A DNA stretch of 59,866 bases, counting the filler, from Circinaria calcarea (Eukaryota): NCBI GenBank assembly GCA_051942165.1. It is 5 parts of 5 records of this genome, joined end to end, with 100 filler letters (N's around TTAATTAATTAA, not from the genome) between each part and the next. Parts side by side here need not be neighbours in the genome. Positions count along the whole stretch, not along the records: positions 36,012 to 47,902 come from JAVECS010000630.1; positions 48,003 to 59,866 come from JAVECS010000631.1; 3 more parts are not named here. One strand, given 5' to 3'. Positions 36,238 to 49,911 of this stretch are shown in pieces (the first letter of the stretch is position 1; every line of letters begins with the position of its first letter). Position numbers and translations under genes: made by a program. Below the pieces are notes generated by a model. That model was not told the origin of the DNA and did not search any database. It saw only the letters and a list, made by a program, of their open reading frames with translations.

Positions 36238-39200
36238 TTACCTACTCAATCCTCTGCTCGTCCTCCTCCCAAAGTACGCCGAAGATATACTCTTGGGACT
36301 GGTTGGGGTCTGGATAGGTGTTGACGGGGTAAAACCCAACCCCAGCCTCACTTCGCCAATGCGCCTCAGTAATCCTTGTAACGCCAATCGAATCTCGAGT
36401 CCCATTTCCCGACTCAACAAGTCCACTGCCAATGGATAGAAAGTGTCTACATGTTTCTCAAAATCCGCGCGGGGGAAGTTCGTATAACCCTCCATGACAT
36501 CTACAACGACGGGGCGCCACGCGACAATGTTGCGTTGCTGAGTTTCCTCATCGAGGATCACATAGCTTCGGATGATGTCTGCACAGAGACTGAGAGACAG
36601 GGTCAGCTTAAAATGTAAGTGGAGCGAGAGTACCTGATGCTTACGGGATCAAGGCGGCTTCGGTCTCGGCACGACTCCTCCTTCGCTCCTCGCCTTCGTC
36701 AAAGTACATACGCACTAGGATGCTCACGTATGTTGCAGCGCTGCCACTTTCTTGCTTGAGCAAATTTGGGGGCTGTTTCATGAAGCCTTCCCGCCACAGA
36801 CGCATTCGGAGATCCTTGTCGTTGTTGAATTTCTTGGCAAACGTGTAGCTTTTCTTCAGCAATGCCATCAATCGGAGAAGTTCAGGACTCGGTATTTGCG
36901 CATACACGTCATTGTTGGAGAATAACTCGTTTACGGTTTCTATCATCAGAAGTTGTAACACACACCGATTGATGATTGAGTTGAAGAAGCGGCGCCGAGT
37001 GGCTGTAACGATCACAGGTTGCTGCTGTGGGCTGGATTGGGGCCTGAAGTCCTCGAGCTCTGAGGTACTTGCGGATGGATGAGATGACGACGGTGATGCA
37101 TCGCGGTTCATTGATCTAGATTCTGCTCTGCTACCTTCCTCGGCAGATATTGATGATACCCCGTTGGGTCGTGTGGCATCATCGAGACTCGTTGAATGGC
37201 CTTCGTCCGCAGCACTATCTAGTGGAAGACCGTTGATTTCGATCGTAGATTTTCTTGCCCCGTTATCTTCTGAGATATGGGATGTGTTGGAAGAGGAGGT
37301 GGCCGCCGTAAAAAGCTGATAGGCTGTTGTACGATCAAAAAGCTCGACGAATGCCGAGACAATCTGATGCCAGTGTTCCAACTCGAATTTCACGACATTC
37401 TGCAAGATCAACGTCTGTAGACAGTTGCTACCAATTCTTGCAATCGTGTTATTTTCTTGGCAGATACAGAGGGCTAGGAGATCTAGAAAACGGTCTAGCA
37501 TATATTCTAGCGACTCGAAATAGTGCGTAAAGAGAGTAATCATGTTTCGCAAAGCTTGAATCATGGTAGTCGATAACCATACGGAGAGGTCTTCGTGATT
37601 TAGAACCTTGGTCATTTCCGACTTGGATTTCAGTACCATGAAGATTGGATAGAGCAGTTGACGCCACAGGATGTCCCAGAACTCGGGAGGGAAGTCCCCA
37701 CCGTATCTGATCAAAGTGTCAAATAGATAGTTAAGAGCCCTAGAGCACTGGTCAGGATTCTGCAGTTCAAGGTGAACGACTGACTTACTGTGATCGGACC
37801 TCTAGATCATCACCGGTCATAAGTACATCGTGAAATGCAAATAGTACCGGAAACCAAAACTGCTCCTCTTGGGTTTGTCGGCTGGCCTGTCTTTGAACAA
37901 CTACGTTCTCATTGCCAGTAGCAGCGGTCGTGTGATCTGGGCGGTGAGAAAGTGGACACTCAGGAGTCTTGAGCATCCGTGGTACCGTGGACTTCAAGGT
38001 CTCTATGGCTTGCAGTGACTTTTTCTGGAACTTCAAATTCTTAGAAAACTCGGTTAAGCACACCACGAGGTCAGCGAAAGCTCCTTGGGAAATGACCACT
38101 CCGAAACGGGTATTATAGACCTGAGTCACGTGATCAAACGCAAGGTTAACAAGACCTTCTGCAAGGGAGGGTTAGTTACTTGCAATCTGTTGTGATAGTA
38201 ATTTCGACATACCATATGGTTCTCTGGCGGCGATAGTAAATACGCCAAACATTGTCTTCCAGCCAGATCGAATGTTATCACCGCGGGCTTGAATCATTTG
38301 GATCAAGCACCGAAGTACCATGTCCTTTACGGTCACAGCCGAGCTATTGGCCATGACGTGCTCAAACGGTTTGAGAAAGTCTTTCTGGAATTTGAAGCCC
38401 GGTAATTCTTCAATCTCCATAAAGCGCATGGACAACTGCCGTAGCGAGTCGAGTGCGAAGAAGACAACACTTGTGTTGGGATGACAGCCAACTTGATTGA
38501 AGTGTTCGCCCAAGACCTGCCATATATTGGTCCATTCAAATCGAACTCGGGTCATGTTATAATAGCTGATTTCAACAAGCTTCTGCAAGCTGTAGGTTCT
38601 AGGTGAGTCGCTTTGCCCGGAAGACTGGATTTCTTGCCAGCTAACTTGGCTTAGAGCCCGAACAAAGTGGATTATGGCTTCCCCGTTCAGATCTGCAGTG
38701 CTGGTGAAGATGCGATCAACGCTCTTGATCATGTCCGTGGATCGACTTTCCTGGGCTACATCAAGGTGATAGGCTGAACTCGATGTTGACGCCGGCGGTC
38801 GTGGTCGTCTTGCTTGCTGCGTTGGTCTTCGGCCTGGTGTCGCTGATGGAACGATGCTTGCCTTTCGTACGTCCGGAACAACTTCTTCGTTCACGCCACC
38901 CGATATCAGCTGGAATCGATCAAGCTGACTAATACATGTTAAAACATCGCTCCAAGAGCCCTTTAGCATGTTGCCCTCAGAGAGTGCCACATCGAGTAGC
39001 ACCTTTAATGCCTCAATGTTTTTTGCTGTCATTTCCCGCAGATTCCCGAGATTTGTGAATTTGGCAAGAGCTGTTACGAAAGCGACTCTAGGGGTTTCAA
39101 GGTCAAAAAGACATGCAATTCGGATGGCTAACCTAAGGCCCTCCATACACATCTTGATCGTGTCTATGTTCTGAGCATTTTGCATTTGGCCAGAAAACCC

Positions 39201-42200
39201 AGATAGAAAAGACATCCATGTAACATCAAACATAGGTCCCACGTGCTTGAACGAGGTCGCAGGAATGTATTTGGGGATCTCCGGCTTAGTAGCAGTCTTT
39301 CTTTGTGATCGTAGAATGCTACGTATCCGCTGTTCCGCTTTGATCTGAATCTCTTCAGACGCCTGGAGAGCAGCTTCTCTTTGCAAATCTCGGTTCGTAA
39401 ACAGTGCCTGACCAGCCCGTTGTGCTATGCTCCCCGTGGCAGGCTGTACAGCTATTCCCATGGCGGCCGCGGTTTCACGTTCGGTCATCAAGACAATCTC
39501 GTTGTGGGCAATCTCATCATAAATGCCGCTTAGATACTCATCAGGGAGATCTGCATTGTCGTTTATGCCTCTATTGTTCTTGATGAAGTCTTCCCTGGTC
39601 ATTCTTTTACCTTTCATTTTCACACTATGCAGATCCGTATTGAGCAAAATAACAGAATAAGCCAGAACGTAGGCTGTATCGGCGTTTGCAAAGGCATTTG
39701 GGTTGCCCGTTATGTACCTTTCGGCGAATTTCAGCATGAACCGATCGATCTTCTGAGCCTCTCCAGGCAATCGAAAACTTTGAAGAAACTGTCTCAGCGC
39801 ATCAACGAATCTACGCTTGGTGAAGTCCATAGAGTCAACAAAAGCATGCATTATGGCGACGTTCCGTGGTTCGCCTTCACCCAGATATTCCCCAATCATA
39901 GCTTTATCCAGCCGATCATTCTGCGAGATAAATGCGGCAATGCCTTCTGGGGTATCATGCTTGATGAACCCATCGTTCAGTAGAGCTTTTATGCCACGCT
40001 TGGGCTTGAAGTTGAATAGTCGAATACCGTTTATCAAAGCCGTCTTTCGTTGCTTAGCTTTCTCGAGCTGACTAGGGTCGTCTTCCATTAAAGGGGTCGA
40101 TGGACCCATAGGTGTGTCAATTGCCAAAGGCCGCGGAGAACTGCCATTCTGAGCGGTTTCTATGGATTCCCGGAGATTGTCAAAAGAAGGTTTGCTATCG
40201 GTGTCTTGAAACCTGGACGACGTGGCAGCTAATGTTTCTTGGGACCAGTTAACTAGTGATTGAAGAGTTCGGACTAAGCATTCCAAAGACCGTTGCTTCA
40301 GTATAAAGTCCACTGGCAAATCCAATTCCTGACTAGGAGAATTCATCAGAGTCGCTGTGGTCAATGAAGGCGGTAGTTTCCCATGATCACGCCAGTCAAC
40401 GTCCCCTTCTAATCCCTTGGCATGTTGTTCTTGATAGATCACTTGCTGTTGAGACGAAACAGCTATGGAGGTGCTGGATATCCTAGAAAGGTGCTCAATT
40501 ATTCTCTGGAAGATGTTATCCAAGGCTGTTCGATCGCAGTCGTAATTTAAGTACATCTCGACAAGCGCTTGCGGCTCATTTGCAAGTCGGCTCAGGATCC
40601 TTAATATGTACAGCTTTTGAAAGCTAGGTGCATTTCGACGATCTAGAATGGTGAGGTAAATTTCTTTCAGGAAGACTTCAATCTCTCTCTGCAGTGAGAC
40701 TGGTCAGCATATATAGGATAATATGGGCTAGTACATACCTTCAGCATGACTCTCATGTATTTTAACATTAGCCAGAATATTTCACAGCTTGTCTCGAAAA
40801 CCTGTTTGACCGAGCTGGCCCCATTCCTGCTCAGGGTCAACCTGAGATACTGTGTAATTGCTTGACCAAAGCTTGCAGGCTCATTGTTCACACTACTTCG
40901 GATAGTGACCAATGGCGAAGTAAAGATTTCAATGTTGTTATTGAGCAAAGTACGAATGATGGCAAGGGATATCAGCTTCGAACGCATGACTTGGTTCTTC
41001 AGATCCTGTTGCTCATGCTGCATCGGTATCTTCTGAGCTAATCGGCACATCGATCGGAATACCAAGAATGCATCCTTGACATATATCTCGTCTTCTTCGT
41101 CTTCGTCTGAGATGCTATGCTCGATATGTTCCCTATGACCATTGAGGGAGGCCTGCTGTTCCGATACCGTCCGCAAAGCTTTGGCATTCGCAATTGCCCT
41201 TGTAACCATCGTTGGAGCATTGTCTCCAATTCTGGTGTCGTCAAAGTTTTTAGCGTTTTCGAAACTCTGCAAAGTCAATTTCTCGCCTGACTCCTTGCGG
41301 ACGGGTTGGTCGGATGGGATGATCGAGGCGGTCTCAGATGATCCGTCCACTTCAGTAGAAGTATCGTTCTCGTTGGTGGTGTAGATAGAGTTGTCTCCGC
41401 TTAGATCTACTTGACTTCCGTTGTCTGTCCCCTTTTCTGAAGCTAGCTTCGATATGCCCAGTCGAGCTTCCTTCATGACAAGTCTGACTTTAACCCTCTC
41501 GAAGACCGTACCGACCATCTGCGTCAAGGTGCCTTGGGCGACCTGCTGATTCGCACTGGATTTAGAGAGCAGGAATATGTTGTAAATCTGCCGCACGGCC
41601 TTTAAGAGACCAGCACCATGTACTATGATCTTATCGTTCAGTACGGCTGCAAGCAAGGACTTGACGATCTGAAGCTGGATTTCAGGAGGTGTTGCCTCAT
41701 CCTGAAAACAGTTGCAGATAGTATCGATAGCTCTTTCGATCAGTGGCATATGCGGCTGTTCTGAACCGGATATATCTTCTGAGGGATGCGCTGGCACTGA
41801 GAAATAGGAATATGTTATCAGTTTACCAATACAATCTAGGGCAGTAGTAGTTAGGGGTATGCTTGTATTGTCCGTAGCGAGGCGCAGGGGCTCAAATATA
41901 ACCTCTGGGTTCGTTGGGGCATCGCTCTTGAGTGCAGCCAGGGCGTGTTGTACGGAGTCATTCAGTCCTTTCCTTTTCCGCGCTTCTTTTGAGGCTGCAA
42001 TTGTCTCAAGAGCAGTAGACACGAACACCATAGAGCTCAAGGCGGAAGATCTTCGGACACCATTTGTAGCCTCTGGGCCTCGGCTGCCAGAGCGATCCCT
42101 ATCTCGACTCTGTCGTAAAGCGTTACTCATTGCCGAAGTGGATTTGATACTTCGAGCTTCGGGACTGTGGGGAGCGGGCGGTTGCTCTTCTAGCTTGTCC

Positions 42201-42505
42201 TTTTCTGGCGGCAGAGGGGGTTTGACTTCTTCTGGTCTATCTAATGTCGTGGGGTGATGATCATCATGGGGACTGAAGAAGCCATTCTTTGGAATATGCA
42301 TAGACTCATCCGCATGCCTCTCGTTTGACTCCTCCCCTGCTGCTTCCTCGCTGTCGTCCATCTTGAGCTCTATCCAATCCTGCCCGGTTTCCAATCGCGG
42401 CTTATCTCGTATAACCGATGTCTCTGAGTTATCTGTTGCTTTCTCCACCCCATTCTTCGCCATGGGTTGCTCCCCCTTAGCTCCTGAGTAGGCACCAGAG
42501 CTCAT
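36238..42505 (-). CDS. SEC7: Large ARF guanine-nucleotide exchange factor Sec7
   Basis: DCB/HUS regions (YLNYDCD), Sec7 domain with FRLPGEAQKIDRFM and LAYSVILLNTDLH, and HDS regions. Five ORF blocks joined by four short introns. Start Met at 42505 is the most 5' candidate. Confidence 0.95.
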
Positions 42506-42907
42506 TTTGAAGGAGCTGAGACTGTCCCCAGTCAACTAGATGACCACTAGGATTTCATAACTGTAGGGCTCTTTCTTTTTAACGCAGTTTGGTGGTAGTC
42601 GACATCGTAATGTCAGGGCGGTCGTACGTGGCTCCGCAACACCAACGTTACATGCATCGTGTCCGTGAGCTCGAAATAATGTTCTGTATCGTAAGATCGG
42701 CAAGTGACGCTAAGCTGCATGTGAGATCCTTGTTCACCGCGCACGCTAAAGTCCAGTAATGTAGAAAACGACCCAACAGCTTTGAAGACCGATCCATTGT
42801 ACAGCTTCATTGCACCTCTACTTTCTTTCACGAGAGGGGACTGCTAATCTGGTCAGGATTACTGTGTTTGTATCTTTGCGAATAGCCGTGGTTCTTCCTT
42901 TTTGGCT

Positions 42908-44607
42908 ATGTCTGCGACGGCAATATTATGCCGCGCATCGACACGGGCATGCTCTCGGGGACAGCATAGCTCGAAGGTGCTCACTTGGAATAGTACTCTA
43001 TCAGTCTCGCGGTACTGTCACTCCAAACATGTCAATGCATTAATTTAGCCTAGGCATTGCTAAGAGATCCTGTAATTGGACAGGAATATACCTGTTCTCC
43101 CCGCACTCTCAAGATACTATGCCTCGAAGTGTATGTTTTCTTTCTGGGCTATACACACAATGCAAACCAACTCATTGATTATCTTTAGCCTTTCCCCCAC
43201 ACACCGTCGTCAGTATGCCAGCGCTTTCGCCTACGATGACGTCTGGGAATATCGGGACATGGCAGAAAAAGCCCGGAGACTCGGTATCACCGGGAGATGT
43301 GCTGGTGGAGATTGAGACAGACAAAGCACAGATGGATTTTGAGTTCCAGGAGGAAGGGGTGTTGGCAAAGATATTAAAAGAGTCAGGGGAGAAAGATGTG
43401 GCTGTGGGCAACGTGAGCGTACCGATGGCAGTGGCTACAATTCTCGCTAATGCTGATCCAGCCCATTGCTGTAATGGTAGAAGAAGGGGAAGATGTTTCA
43501 GCCTTTGAGTCTTTCACTGTGGAAGATGCAGGAGGTGAGAAGGAGCCACCAAAAGAAGCGCCAAAGGAGGAAGCTTCACAATCATCCGAACCACCATCAT
43601 CAGGATCCCAAACATCCCCGCCTACAATTGAAAAGGCCGATTCGAAAGGCGATTCGAAATCCGAGCCCGCACCTGAACCCGAAGAATCGGAACCTATAGG
43701 CGGCAAATTGCAGACCAGCCTGGATCGTGAACCGTTAGCCAGTCCTCTTGCAAAAGCTCTAGCCCTCGAACGAGGCGTGCCAATCAAAGAGGTGAAAGCC
43801 ACAGGACCCAATGGCCGAATCACCAAGCAAGATATTGAGAAATACAAACCATCATCTAGTGCAGGACCTACAACGGCTTCCGCTGCCGCAGCTCCTTCCT
43901 ATGAAGACATTCCGGCTAGCTCAATGCGCAAAACCATTGCCAACCGCCTCGTTCAATCCATGAATCAAAACCCGCATTACTTCGTTTCGGCCACCCTCTC
44001 GGTCACTAAGTTACTGAAGCTCCGTCAAGCCCTCAACTCCTCCGCAGACGGTAAATACAAGCTCTCGCTCAACGATTTCCTCATCAAAGCCTGTTCTGTC
44101 GCCTGCAAGAAAATCCCGGCCGTGAATTCGAGCTGGCGAGAAGTGGACGGTCAGACCGTCATCCGCCAACATAACACCGTCGATGTCAGCGTTGCGGTAG
44201 CGACTCCGGTTGGCCTTATGACACCGATTGTCAAGGGGGTCGAAGGTTTAGGCTTATCAAGCATTTCAGCACAAGTCAAGGATCTCGGCAAGCGGGCACG
44301 GGACGGCAAGCTAAAGCCGGAAGAGTACCAAGGCGGCACCTTCACAATCAGCAACATGGGCATGAACGCTGCGATAGAGCGATTCACAGCTGTCATCAAC
44401 CCGCCCCAGGCTGGTATTCTAGCCGTAGGCACAACAAAGAAGGTCGCCATACCAGTGGAGTCGGAGGACGAGACGGCCGTAGCGTGGGATGATCAGATTG
44501 TCGTGACGGGCAGCTTTGATCACAAGGTGGTTGATGGGGCGGTGGGAGCAGACTGGATAAAGGAGTTCAAGAAGGTGGTAGAGAACCCGCTGGAGATGTT
44601 GCTGTAA
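42908..44607 (+). CDS. LAT1: Pyruvate dehydrogenase E2 (dihydrolipoamide acetyltransferase)
   Basis: Presequence exon from 42908, lipoyl domain MPALSPTM...[13 protein letters not shown]3-binding ASPLAKALA, catalytic [10 protein letters not shown] and FDHKVVDGA. Three introns. Confidence 0.95.
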
Positions 44608-45036
44608 AAGGTGGCCTGCTGTTCCTTCAAATGTGTAATATTGTTCTCCGTTTGCTCGCTGCAACTGTAGCTCCCCTGAGTTCGCTGTTGACCCATATAG
44701 CGGCTAGAACGAATGTCATGGATGATCCGTGATACTACTACTTTCCATATACTTTGCAAAATCACAGACCATGCAAACAGACTTCCTAGAGCTTCGAATT
44801 GCAATTTGAAAAGCATAGATTAGGTATGCAAAGGGCAGAAAGTTACTGAGTTATGCAGTGTGTAACGTAACATTTATATAGAGTGGGTCCACGACATTCT
44901 ATGTACAGCTCGCAAAGATGCCAATCAGAAAACGCCCCAGCTCATACACCACTTTAAACATACAATGTTCCAAATAAGCCGAGAGGTAACCCGCCTTAGA
45001 GAAAATGAATCTTCTCTCCAGGCTCCAATTCTAGTG

Positions 45037-46422
45037 TTATACAATGCCGAATCCATCCCGTGGATCGTTGTTCGAGTGAATCTCAAGTTGCCGCAAGATT
45101 CCCTGATAGAGGACCAGCATGGTTCCGCTTTGAACACTGGTCCAGACAGCTCGCGGTCCCACGCCTCGAAACCAACCCGCTAGACCCTCGGTCTTGTAGA
45201 TGAGCTTAAGGCCTGTGATGACGGATGAGGTGTCTAGGTTCACTGACCCCGGTTTCGGGATGGAGGTAGAGGGGGATGATGTTGATATATGCCGCCGCTG
45301 TTGGGCGACCTTCGGGATAAGGGGGTTTATCATGTTAGACTTGGTAGGAGGGGGAGCCGCAGGCTTTTTCTGCAGATTAGTTGTCTTGATTGGCTCGTGG
45401 CCTTCCTCGGGCGGATTCAACTGTGTTTGGATCCGGGTTTTAACAACATCCAGTGGACATGTCAAGACTCCGGCCATGCCACCCGCCGTAGCACCAGTGA
45501 CAATCTCCAGGCCAAGCCCAATATCTCGGTGTCCCACCCATTGCTTTGCCAATCGTTGTTCTTGCTCGTAAATGGCAAATTGAATGGCGGAGAATGGTAG
45601 ATCTCGAAATATGGTAGCCTTATAGCCGTGAAAAAGCGCGGAGACGCCTTCTTCGCGAACAATGGTCCTCGCAGCATCAAGGGTGGATCGATAGTTGTAA
45701 CCTGACTGGAAGAAAGGATTGTTGTAGCGACCTTGGAGTTGCAGTCGGGTTTTGAGAACTTCTGAAGGGACATAAACGAAGGAAGCGGCGAAATCAGCAA
45801 GGAATCCTGTTTATATTAGTCTATATTGAGATTGCATATGCAAAAAAGCGCACCTCCAGCCAGATATGCAAGTGAGTTGGGTACGCCTAAGTCTATTAAA
45901 TGCCGCTTGCTGTACTCGTATGTTCCGAAAAATATAACAGTACCAGGAAAGGAGCCAAGAAACGCCGGTGTCACTCCGCTGTAAAGTCCTCTCCGGACCC
46001 CTTCCTGCCGGAAAATCTTCGCATATGTAGAGGACATGGATGTGTATTTGGGAGGGATGTGAGGATCCCCCTGTTGGCGAGTCTTGACCGTGTCTATGGA
46101 ATGCATCAGAAGATCACCAGTGGTTCCACCGATGCCACCGGCAATCATAGACTGAGGCTGAATATCAGCATCTCCTAACCACAAAGAAAAACGTTACTCC
46201 GAGTAGGTTTCTTACGTGAAGGTACGGAGGGCGTTCCTCCTCTTCTTCCTCTTCCATAGCCCAGATCTCCGTTGACGGCATACCTCTGAATGATCCATAC
46301 GCTGAGCTTTTTGTGTTATTGACGCCATCACCGAGAGTGATTGTAGGGCGACCGTCCAATGGTGCAAGTTGCGGAGCTTGTGTCGGGATGAATAGGTTGG
46401 CCAGACGGGAGGCCAGGGACAT
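45037..46422 (-). CDS. Mitochondrial carrier family protein (MME1/PET8-like)
   Basis: Three carrier signatures (SIDTVKTRQQ, PSEVLKTRLQ, PLDVVKTRIQ). Two introns. Confidence 0.88.
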
Positions 46423-46780
46423 GACCCTTCCTCACGCTATTGGTTGTCGCTCTACAAAGATGCTCATGTGCACATCCTCATTCTCATGTGTGATATTGTT
46501 CTCCAAAAAACCGAACTAACAAACGTCCTGGACCTCATCAAATTTGAAGACGTAAACGGCGGAAGCTCTTTTGGCCGTTCCGCCGAGACGGCTTTGTCTT
46601 AGTGTTCGCGCGAAACCCTCTCCAGTACTCCCTAACGAGAAACAATGTAAACAACATCCCACCTCTTCATCGCCGCAACATCGACAAGCTCCGCCAACCT
46701 CGAAATTTTCTCAATAAATAATTGCATATATTCAATTTTATCGCAGCATTTACGCGACTGAATCTATCTTATTTGCGACA

Positions 46781-47902
46781 ATGTCTGGGGCTTCGACGTG
46801 GCTGCATAGCCAAAGGAAAGCCGAGCTCGTCTCGCTCGCTGAGAAGGTGGGCTTGGAAGAGTATTTTCTATGTACAACATATACTTCTACGCGTCAATCT
46901 CTAACACAGATCTAGCTGCGAGGGTCTAAAAAAGATTGAACTAGAGATGGCACTCGACGAGTACATGCGCGCAAACCAATCCAGGTTATCCAAAGACTCA
47001 AGTCTAGCAGCCTTTTACAGGCGCATTGCTACGCCTTCCTCGCCTGTAAAGAGAGAGAGTTCTGTCGCAGTAGTCGTGGGTGACGACAGCAAGAAGCCAC
47101 GAGCAAGGAGAACAACGAGAGCAAGAGATGATATTGAGCCGACGTAAGCTTGACTCAACCAATAATCATGGTCGCTAGCAGCCCTCTTTCTGACACTGAC
47201 ATGCTTTACCAATAGTGACGATTCCGAATTTGAACCAAGCAAATCCTTGGCAACCCGTAGTCCGCGCACCAGCTTATCTTTCGCCTCGACTGTCCCTCTT
47301 CCACCATCTCCTTCTGTCGTGGTTGACAAGATAGACCAACAAGCTGCCAACGTCCGTAACACGCTTGATGCATTGTGGGATCAGTCAGGCATTTCGCAGT
47401 TCTCCGATTCGCTACGTGATAAGCTCAGCAACACAGCCATAATCGAGACGCTAGCACTTGTCCTTGAGATATATGGGCTACGGCATGCGATCCTTCCATT
47501 TAAGTATTTTGGCATGATTCCATCCTATCACTTCCTCAACACGAGTACACCAAAGCTGGATCTCCAGGTACCTGACCTATTTGCGTTGCTCGACCCTGTG
47601 TTTTGGTCTACATCCTCATTGTGGTTTACCACGAGCGTTCTTCTGCCCTTAACCTTCGCTTACTACTTCAATTTCACTCGAAAGGCGAAGCGTGGACCGA
47701 GCAGACATACGAAGGCCTCCTCGGTAGGAGCCCAATACGACATGTTGACATTCAACATTGCGAAGGCATTGATTGCATGGTCAGTCTATAACCAGGGCCT
47801 AAGACTTGGTGGTCTTGTGGGGAATGACACGGTGCAGAGAATCGAAGAAGCCATTCCGGGCGGGCATCGAGGGATCCTCATCGGCGCAGGAATTGGGGTG
47901 TT
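46781..47902 (+). CDS. Conserved-looking fungal hypothetical membrane protein, 3'-truncated by the contig end
   Basis: MSGASTWLHSQRKAELVSLAEKVGLE start and two introns join it to ORFs 46947 and 47247. Several hydrophobic segments in the C-terminal half. Confidence 0.7.
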
Positions 47903-48002
47903 NNNNNNNNNNNNNNNNNNNNNNNNNNNNNNNNNNNNNNNNNNNNTTAATTAATTAANNNNNNNNNNNNNNNNNNNNNNNNNNNNNNNNNNNNNNNNNN
48001 NN
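47903..48002. other. Artificial contig linker
   Basis: N44-TTAATTAATTAA-N44. Confidence 0.98.
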
Positions 48003-49457
48003 ACCCGGTGGATGTATGCTGAGAGGATATTGTTCTGGCTTTCCATGGAAAGCTCCTTGGCCAAGTCTTCCTCCATAGGTATTTCAACCCATCCAGCAGC
48101 AACAACTCCTGCTAATCCTTCTTGCCTAAGCCAAACAGGATCACCGTTACGAATGAGAACCCAGTCACCGGATGACAACGTCACAGCAGATCTGACAGCA
48201 AAGCCTGAACCACCTTTTGACACAACCTCTGATACTGCATGGACAACGTCTTCTTGTTCTGTCCACCCGCCATGGCTTTTAGGACTTATCGGCCAACGTT
48301 CCAGTATCCCATGAGAGCTCGAAGCGACGAGAGTGACCTCAAAGTCAGTGTTCCTGGTAAAGTATACATTTGCATTCCTTGTGCTTGTCGAGAATGCTCC
48401 CTGTCCACCTACTCGAGGGAGATCGTATGCTTTAGCCACAGTTCGTGCGGCGACATCGATATGGTAAACCTGTGCCCAGTGTGAATCCGAGGTCTGATAA
48501 TGGACCAGGAAATGAGGTTGAGCGTTGGCGGTGTTGGGTGCGTGGACGGTAAGTTGTGTTATCGCCTCCTTTTCATAATCTCCCACGTTGATACTGGTAA
48601 CGTGTTTCGAGCCTAAAACGTTGATTTTCAAGGTCTTGGAAGATTTCTCCACCCACAATAGCGTCGGTGCCGCAACGTTCCCTGCAATCTGCACAATTGG
48701 CTCGTCACTATCTAGATTGAAGGTGTGATGCCATGTCTGTGTAGCCTTGACAGGATCTAATGTAGTCACCCCGATTTTGAACCCCTTTAACAATGCTGAA
48801 TGAAGGGAAACGAGATGAATATCCGTAGCCGAAGCCGATATTGCGAGCGGTGTATCTCCACTGTGCAAGTCAGCAATGAACCAAATTAGTCATGTCAATC
48901 TCCTGCCCATCTCACCTCTCATCAATATAAGTCCATACAACTTGTCCATCTGCAGTTCCCAGTCTCGTAATTATGCTTTTGCCCTCCTCTAGACTGAGGA
49001 CAATCACATCTTTACTGGCTCCCTCCATTTCCAGAACCTCCAAGTCCTGAATCATACCCTTCGTCTCCCATGCCCACGCCAATCGTCCGTCTGCCGCATC
49101 CCAAGCTTTCACAGCACCTCCTACAGCGCTAACAATTACATTCTCTCCTTCTCCGGCCTTCAAAAAGCTCCTCGCAGCTGTCCCGTTGTACACATCTTCT
49201 TTCAAGTATTGCCGCCAAACGATTGCGCCATCTTTGGGATTCACAGCACCTAGTACATGCTTTTCGGAGAGGGTGTAAAGTAGAGAAGCTTTCGAAGCGG
49301 CCGAGGGTCGGTGGAAGAATGTGGTATGCGGCTGGGGAGTGCCTAAAAGGGCATGGTGGTAGTCGTTTTGATAGGCTTCGTCTGCGTATATTGCTTGTGC
49401 GATTGGGACGAGTAAGGACAGAGGTAACAAGAGGAGGGAGAGCGCATGAGAGCGCAT
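48003..49457 (-). CDS. EMC1: ER membrane protein complex subunit 1 (N-terminal beta-propeller part), 3'-truncated
   Basis: Signal peptide, then AIYADEAYQNDYHHALLG, LGAVNPKDGAIVWRQ and WLRQEGLA...AYIHR. One intron near 48915-48862. Confidence 0.88.
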
Positions 49458-49911
49458 ATTATCGGACACAAGCACTGTATTGTATATGTCTTCTCAGAAC
49501 CACGACGAAGTATGTTACTTCCGACTAGCTTGTCCTTATTCAATGCAAAACATCATCGGACCCTGAAGATCACTGCCTCGATATCCAGCCCTAAGGGAGA
49601 TATCTCCTATCTAGAACAAGAGCACATTGGCTTATATAAACAAAACAAATTCAACCGTGTGTATTATTTAATTAACTGGACTTTTGTCTACTCAATCACA
49701 AGAGAGTCATCTTAGCTAAGTAACGCCTAGGTGAGATTCACGCAGCTCTTCGTCCAAACTCTGCGCATCTATTCGACATGGACGTCTGCTAACAACAGCA
49801 AGTTTCACCATTCCAAGCCTACTCAGGTCTAGGATAAGAATTATAGGAGTGCCAGTTAGAGATAAATCAGATAACGAAGGTAAATCCGTAAACGGTATTC
49901 GCTCATGCTAG

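Noticed and set aside
36238..47902. SEC7-LAT1-carrier cluster as a functional gene cluster
   Set aside because: Unrelated housekeeping genes in an ordinary compact arrangement.
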